A stretch of DNA of 64,000 bases from Paramoeba atlantica (taxonomy: Eukaryota; Protista; Discosea): the NCBI GenBank assembly GCA_977017575.1, contig CDRNVI010000143.1:1-64000 (forward strand), read 5' to 3'. Below, piece by piece: positions 59,200 to 64,000 of this stretch. Position 1 is the first letter of the stretch. Each line of letters opens with the position of its first letter. A program made the position numbers and the translations under genes. The notes beneath the pieces were generated by a model. That model had not been told where the DNA came from, made no database searches, and was given only the letters and a program-made list of their open reading frames with translations.

Positions 59200-62100
59200 C
59201 CCCCACCCCCCCCAACAAAATTGGTGCTACTGTGGCTAATTTACCCATCACAAAGTATTTATGGAGGTGGTGTGCGAGTCAAAACCCAATCTTCATGTCC
59301 ATTCTGGAAAATTCCCAAAGAGGCTGCAACATTTGTTTATGTGAACAAATATTATAACCTTTTTAGTCTTTTTAAATCTCAACAAAACAGTGGGTTCTTC
59401 CTTTCTAATAACTTGAACAAACCCCCTCCCAATTAAAGACCCCCCCCCTCCAAAAAAAAAACAAGGTGCGCCACCACAGAAAAAAGGTACACAATTCCCA
59501 CAAAAACACCTACATTCACCATTTTATCGAAAAGGAAAACCCAAACCATCCCCACAAAGCAAACCTCATTTGTATTAACAAAAAACAGAAAGAGAAAAAC
59601 CATAGTGTGTCTGTGGAAACTTTTTGGATCTTAAAAAAAAACAAGAGAAACCAAAAAATCAAAGAAAAATCAAAAGAAAAATCAAAAGAAAAACCTGCAC
59701 ATCAATTAAAACCCTCTTCTAGAAAAACACCAACCCCACAAAAAACCACACCCCATACACAAGACCAACACCAACATCAAAAAAAATATAGAACAGAGTA
59801 AAAAAAAAAGAAAAAGAACAAAAAGGGAGAAAGAAAAAAAAAAAAAAAAGAAAAAAAGAACAAAAAAAAAGAATAAAAAGGACGAAACGAAAGAAAGATG
59901 AAAAAAAAAAAGAAAACCTTTTTGTTATTTTTGATTGTTTGGTTCAAACAAACAATAAACCTTGAAAAATGTGTGTACACAAGACAACACACAATCAACT
60001 TACACATACAACCAATGCACAACCAATACACAAAAACACTGATGTACCAACTACCAACAAAGTGACCAAAAACAATTAACAATAATAATATTTAACTCCA
60101 ACAAAACCAAACAAACAAAACAAAACAACACTAATTAAATACTCATCACCCCTCCAAACAAAAAACAGAAGACAAATTAACCAACTAAAAAAATATTATT
60201 ACAACAAAACGGAAATATAAATATTACAAAAGAACAAAAAGAACCAACCAACCATTATATGTGGCTCGCTCCCTCCAAAAATCCCCAACCCACATCTTTG
60301 TCTTGATGATTCCACACACTCTCTCTTTTTTTGTGTTTTTCTGTGAAAAATTGGTTAAAATTACAAACACAACATAACCACAACACAAAAAAACAAAATC
60401 AACAACAACAATAACAATTACAATAACAAATATCAACAACAAAGAACAAATAACAACAAGAATAACAATACGAATAACAAATAACAATAAAAACAATAAG
60501 AACAACAATAAGAACAACAATAAGAACAACAATAATAACAACAAGAACAAGAACAACAAGAACAACAAGAATACCAATAACAAATAACAAATAACAACAC
60601 AATCAAAATACCATCACCACCCACAACAGCAATACCATTAACAAAAACAAAAACAAACACAAAATAAAAGAAGGAAAAAAGAGAAAAACCTGGCGGTGGC
60701 ATAATAGTCGGGATTGTTGGGAACGGAGTAATATATAAAAAGGCCTGTGGAGGGAGTCTTATAACAAAGAAACAAAGATGTCCCCATTCTATTATTAACA
60801 ATTTAACAATTAACATTATAAAAAAAGCAATAACAATCAAATAACAACAACAATCATAACAATACAATAATAACAATAATGATTATAAAAAATAGTAACA
60901 ACAATCATAACAATTGCAATCACAATAACAAACCAACAATCATAATAACAACAATAACAACAAACAACAAACAACAACAAACAACAAACAATAAACAACA
61001 AACAACAAGAAAAACAAATAAACAATCATAAACAACAGCAACAATAACTATAACTTAACCACAATCACAACAATCACAATCACAACAAACAAAACAAAAG
61101 TAACACTGAATGACACAACAACAACAAACAAAACGACAAACAAACCAACAAACCAACAAACCAACAACAAACCAACAATAAACCCAACAACAAACCAACA
61201 CAACAGAATAATCACATCATACTAAAAAAGATAAACAAATCCACACAATCAAAATAACTAACAAACCAAACACTGAAACACTGAAACAACAAAACACAAA
61301 ATAAAGGGAAACCTGTGCCACTCATATTTTCAAAAAGGCTTGTGATTGGAAGGAAGTCTTTGTAACAAAGGAAACAAAAAAGATGTCCTCGCACTAGTTA
61401 AGAGAAGGGGGAGGAGGAAGAATCAGATTTTAGTATCAGAGAATTTTAATTAATTAAATACTAAAAACTAATACAAAAACAAAAACACTCTTCCAATAAT
61501 AACAGACAAACCAACCAAACCAAACCAAACCAATCACCACAAAAAAGAAAAGAACAAAAACAAATACCAAAAATACCAAAAGCAAAAAATAAAACAAATA
61601 ATAAAAAAACAAGTTCAACAAGAACAAATTAACAAGAACACAAAACCTTCTTTTAAAATGGACATCAATCATTTACAATGATTTCGTATTCCCCTCAATG
61701 GACGGGACACTTCTTTCAATTAATACACCAATCTTGGTGATCTAAATTCTTTTCATTCTTTTTGTCTGTTTTCTTCTTGATGAACATTTGGAGTGGAATC
61801 TGGGGATTCCTGTCTTTTTTTCGATTTGAGAATTTGGCTTTGAGAGACAACAAACTGTTTTTTGTACAAATTAATAAATTTTTCACACACCCTTCCTTCC
61901 TTCCTTCCCTTCCTTCCCTTCCTCTTCTCAAAAAACAAAACAAAACAAAAACACAAAAACAACATTAACACACACACACCCCATTTTTAAAACACAAAGA
62001 GACAAATACAAAAAAAGTAAACAACAAAACACACCAAACACAGACAGAAAAAATAATCCATGCAAAAAAGTAACCTTCTCAGTGTGTTGCAAAAAATCTT

Positions 62101-62200
62101 CTTGTGTGTTGTGCCGATACGTGGTATACCTTTTGTCAAGAAAGTCACATTTTTTTCGAGAAAGAAGACATTTGATTTCATTATGATAGGACATACCACT
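59200..62200 (-). pseudogene. Intron-rich minus-strand gene or pseudogene of unknown function
   Basis: Short GT/AG-bounded blocks separated by (CAA)-rich spacers, e.g. MSYHNEIKCLLSRKKCDFLDKRYTTYRHNTQEDFLQHTEK followed by GT. No continuous frame could be assembled. Confidence 0.35.
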
Positions 62201-63376
62201 TAAAGAAGAGGAGAGAGATCCGATCTAATATCACTGTCACCAATCCAAGAAACAAATATTTCAAGAGACAAAGAAGGTCAAGGAACCCTCCAAAAGAAGA
62301 AAGCTAAGAAGAAAGAGCTTTTACTCCTCGAAAAAATGATAAGAAACAGAGGAATAGGGCGCAGCAGCGAGAGTGGGGAGAGAGAGAGAGGAGGGAGGAG
62401 AGAGGGTCTAATCACACACCAACAATTTGGGAAAGGAGAGAGAGAGAGAGAGCAGAAACATATATCAGTGGTAAAGTTCTTCGTGAATAACCAACATTTT
62501 CAAAAGAGAAGTATCCACCAAACATTACACCATCATCACCAAAACACGCTCGAAGAAAGGCCTCTCCTCAGAACACACACACACAAGATCGTCGTCTCAA
62601 GAGGGCTAAAAAGAGAAGAGAGATCATCCACCACAAACATCACTCTCTCTATTGGGTGTCTCTCTGGTGATCTTCTCTCCCCCTTTTCACCCACTGCCCC
62701 TCTACTTTCGATTGTTGTGTTCCCGAATATTTGCTCTTTTATGTGGGTGAAACAAAACACCACCCTTTTTCCCCCACTTTTATGTTTTGTTCCTTTGAAA
62801 ACTGTGTGAAGGAAAGGGAAGAGAGAAAAGAAAGAGGGGAAAGAAAGAGAGAGAGAGAGAGAGAAAGGGGGAAAAAATGGTCAGGAGTGTGAGAGAAGAG
62901 AAGTGTGTTTGAGAAAAAAAAAAGGAGAGGAAGAGAGTACACAAACCACCTCTTTTCGCATTCTTTGCTTTTCATCTCCCTTCATCAAAGAGAGAGAGAG
63001 GTTCTTTTTCCCTTCTCCTCTCTCCTCTGTGTGTTAAAAGATGAGGTGAGAGAGAGAGAAGGGGGCGGAGGGGGTGTGAGGAGAAGACAAACTCTCACAC
63101 AACACAAAAAAACACAAAACACACACCACCACCACAAAACTGCGTGATGGTGGTTGGTGAGATTGGCAAAACAAACAAAACAAATAACACAAAACAAAAC
63201 AAAAACAAACAAAACAAAAACAAACAAACAAAACAAACAGAAAGAAGAGAGCGCTCTCTTCTCTTCTCTCGTTCACCCACAAAAAACAACAAAACGCAAA
63301 AAAAAAAAAGAACAAGATTTTTTTTGGAGATCTAAATTAAAGGGGGATAGATTCTATTTTTTTCCTTTATTTGTAA

Positions 63377-64000
<624 letters not shown>

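Overview
Left end of a eukaryotic chromosome from an AT-rich, intron-rich protist; the ubiquitin sequence (VKQKIQ, no insert at the monomer junction) is compatible with an amoebozoan, which is inference only. The window opens with about 140 CCCTAAA telomeric repeats (1-983). Next come about 21 kb of decayed mobile DNA: a Ty1/copia element lacking RT and ending at the telomere junction, a head-to-head Ty3/gypsy chromovirus with an antisense ORF, duplicated intron-rich gene fragments, a second copia relic, a TET/JBP-like pseudogene and the 3' end of an RLE-type non-LTR retrotransposon. The telomere-proximal elements show heavy C>T/G>A mutation and CpG loss. The most notable part is a largely intact, CpG-retaining cluster at 22.4-48.0 kb. 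It holds a ~2,300-aa unknown gene, a ParB-domain gene with a possible degenerate N6/N4 methyltransferase region, an intronless TET/JBP-type 2OG-Fe(II) dioxygenase, and a 14-exon gene that splices a RAG1/Transib-like DDE transposase core to a C-terminal Ulp1/SENP protease. This may be a giant DNA transposon carrying DNA-modification cargo; its termini were not found. Further right are tandem duplications, a 93-bp satellite interrupted by a CAC...GTG MITE, an internal copy of the telomere-junction sequence, a hAT-like transposase relic, tRNA-Lys(CTT) and a polyubiquitin gene cut by the window end. Most short ORFs in the track are low-complexity shadows. All exon models were built by hand, and no homology searches were run.
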